Source of the DNA: Nitrospirales bacterium
GTDB lineage: Bacteria; Nitrospirota; Nitrospiria; Nitrospirales; UBA8639
Length of the DNA: 64,000 bases
Assembly (NCBI GenBank): GCA_965203295.1
Contig: CBDBCZ010000010.1
Span: forward strand, 96,001 to 160,000
Direction of reading: 5' to 3'
The notes under the pieces were generated by a model. That model was not told the DNA's origin. It ran no database searches and worked only from the letters and a program-made list of their open reading frames with translations. Made by a program: the position numbers and the translations under genes. Shown piece after piece: positions 61,594-64,000 of the stretch (position 1 is its first letter; every line of letters begins with the position of its first letter).

Positions 61594-63890
61594 CTCTTTG
61601 CACGCCACAGGCTACGCCACGGGCACATTTATGTGCCCTTTGACCTTCCACGATCCAAGGGGGTATAAAACAAGAGGGGCTTCCCCAGAGCGCAACTCGC
61701 GGTATTGATTGCGGTACCTACATGACTGCCACATGTGTAGGCGTTACCTAGTGGTTGCAGCTGCCGCGCTAGGGCTTCCATGCAAATAATCAAAGTTTAC
61801 ATAGTATCTGAGAGCGTGTGCATGTGTACAATGGCAGTGTACAGTACAGAAGAGGCGCTGGAGGCAATCTTGGGAGATGACTTTGACTCTGGAGGTGAGA
61901 GTGAGATGAAAGAAGACCCATCATTCCCTCTGCCTAGACCAAGTGATAGTGAGAGCGAGAGTGAGGCCGAAGAAGACCCTCTTTCCCAACTCAGTGATGA
62001 GTCCCACTCTGATGGCGAGCAATTGCATAGCTTCAATGCCACCGATCCCGGATCTTCTGCCAGAAGACGAAGTAGCTCACCCAGGAGAGCTAGGGGGAGA
62101 GGAAGGGGGAGAGCTAGAGGGAGAGGGAGAGCTAGAGGAAGAGGTAGAAAGAGAAGCAGAGGAGGATGCAGGGGAAGGAGTAGACTCACAAGAGGTGACA
62201 CACAGCCAGGTACATGGAATTGGATACAGTATATAAGAGGTACTTACGATGTGATGCTTCCCTCACAAAATTAGGCCACTCCAGCAGTTTGCAATGGCAA
62301 CTGACGAATTCTGCCACAGATGTAGCACCCACACTACCAGAATTCACCAAGACACATGGTCCACTAGTATCCCTTGGTTCTGAAGCCTCACCGCTGGAAT
62401 TCTTCTCGCTTTTTTTCGATGACAGCGTCCTTGACCTGTTGGTAGAAGAAGCCAACTGGTTAGTAAGAGAATAAACAACATATACACAGACTAGACAGTA
62501 GAAGTATTATATACACAGACACACAAAATTACATGCATGCACACATACACACAGTTATGCCGATGAGAGAATTGCGACCTTGGTACGGCTGGATAAGCTA
62601 CCACCTCGTAGCCGCCTTCAGAAATGGAAAGCTGTGACAAGGCTAGAAATGAAAGGGTTTCTTGCAGCAGTGCTCAATATGGGTATCATCAAGCTCCCTG
62701 ACCTTGAGGCCTATTGGAAGACCTCGTGAATAAGTGAGATTCCGTTCTTCAGAACACTCATGCCACGAAATCGATTCCAAGAAATCTTTTGGATGTTGCA
62801 TGTGAGCCACCCTGATCCCAGTCTACCCGCTAAGAAGATTGACAAAGTCAAGCAGCTACTGCAGTTGCTTGTGCCAAAGTTTAGGGAGCATTACTACCCT
62901 TCTGAGAAGCTCGCAATCGACGAAACAATGATTGGTTTTCATGGTCGCTTTGGTGCCAAGCTGTACACACCAAAAAAAAACAGTCAAATGGGGTATCAAG
63001 TTGTTCGACGTGGCTGATTCCAGCAATGGGCACCTTCTCGACACCATAGTGTACACAGGTGCCGACACCCTTGATGATGCCCATCCAGAATTCGAGTCAC
63101 TCCCTCAGCCTGCTCGGGTCGTCCTGCAACTTATGCGGCATTACCTCGATAGCAATCACCACCTGTACACCGATAGGTACTACTCGAGCATCCCTCTAAC
63201 TCAGGCTCTGGCTTCTCATGGTACCAGTTTCACTGGGACAGTCATGAGAAACCGTGTTGACCTTCCAGACACCATCAGAGCGAAATCATTCTCAGTGAGA
63301 GCATATAGCTTTCAGGAGTGAGCAACTGCTGGTGAGTGCATGGAGAGCCAAAGGGAAGCAGAAAGACCTCATTATGCTCACCTCATCTAGTGCGGCCAAG
63401 ATGATTGAAGTGCCAGCAATGCATAACACCCAGCGAATGCTCAAGCCGGAGTGTGTTCACAACTACAACCACTCCATGAATGGAGTTGACCGCAGTGATC
63501 AGTACGCTGTATCCTACCCCTTTGTCAGGAAGACACGCAAATGGTGGCGGAAACTCTTCTTTTATCTCCTGGAGGTTTCGGTAGTCAACAGCTTCATCAT
63601 TTATCGTGAAGTAACCCGAAAAAAGACGACACATCTTGACTATCGCCGGTCTATTCTCGAGAGCCTGGCAACTGAGTATCTGGAGCAACAAGAAAGTTAT
63701 CGCACCTCAGTTGGTCGACACCAGTCACGACCACGTCCTGCCCGTCTGAACAAAAAGCTTCATCTCCTTGAACAGCGAGAAAGCCGACAAGAGTGCATCG
63801 TGTGCAGTGACAGGAGAAGCGGATCACGCCACACAACCACCTTTTTCTGTAAGACTTGTCCCGAGCAACCATCACTCCATCCCACTACAA
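61594..63890 (+). mobile_element. piggyBac element with an intron-containing transposase pseudogene (CDS from about 61831)
   Basis: TTAA|CTCTTTGCACGCC left end. Motifs SPLEFFSLFFDD, MPRNRFQEI, LAIDETMIGF, LYTDRYYSS, YNHSMNGVDRSDQ, KWWRKLFFYLLE and the Cys-rich CIVC..FCKTC tail. Stop at about 62727 plus frameshifts; right TIR not seen. Confidence 0.93.
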
Positions 63891-64000
63891 GGGGTGGTCA
63901 CTCCCATAGGCGCAGTAGTCGCAGCTAAGACCGGGGTCAAGAAGTGGTCAAAGGGTCAAGGGATGTTTCCAATGTCAGTCAAGCGGTCAAGACAAAATTT

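Overview
Eukaryotic, transposon-saturated genomic DNA. The short GT-AG introns and the TE repertoire suggest an invertebrate metazoan, possibly a demosponge (inference only). I found no ordinary housekeeping gene. The window is a nest of mostly decayed elements: MULE, piggyBac, hAT, P, EnSpm, pogo/Kolobok-type MITEs, Crypton, DIRS, a Gypsy LTR element, LINE-type RT and CRE-type non-LTR elements, minisatellites and a tRNA-Thr-like sequence. The stand-out feature is a structurally complete 7.7-kb element at 42084-49769. It has TAC...GTA termini, inverted termini with 20-21-bp subterminal repeats and a perfect 6-bp TSD (AGTTAT), which fits the IS3EU type of DNA transposon. It carries a near-intact 12-exon DDE integrase-like transposase and, tail-to-tail, a multi-exon cargo gene ending in an Ig-like domain plus an IRAK/Pelle-like non-RD (HHD) kinase. 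A second, strongly diverged copy of the same kinase/integrase pair with the same intron positions lies at about 13.4-17.2 kb, which argues for a family of kinase-carrying transposons rather than a one-off capture. All protein assignments come from motif recognition by eye; no searches were run.
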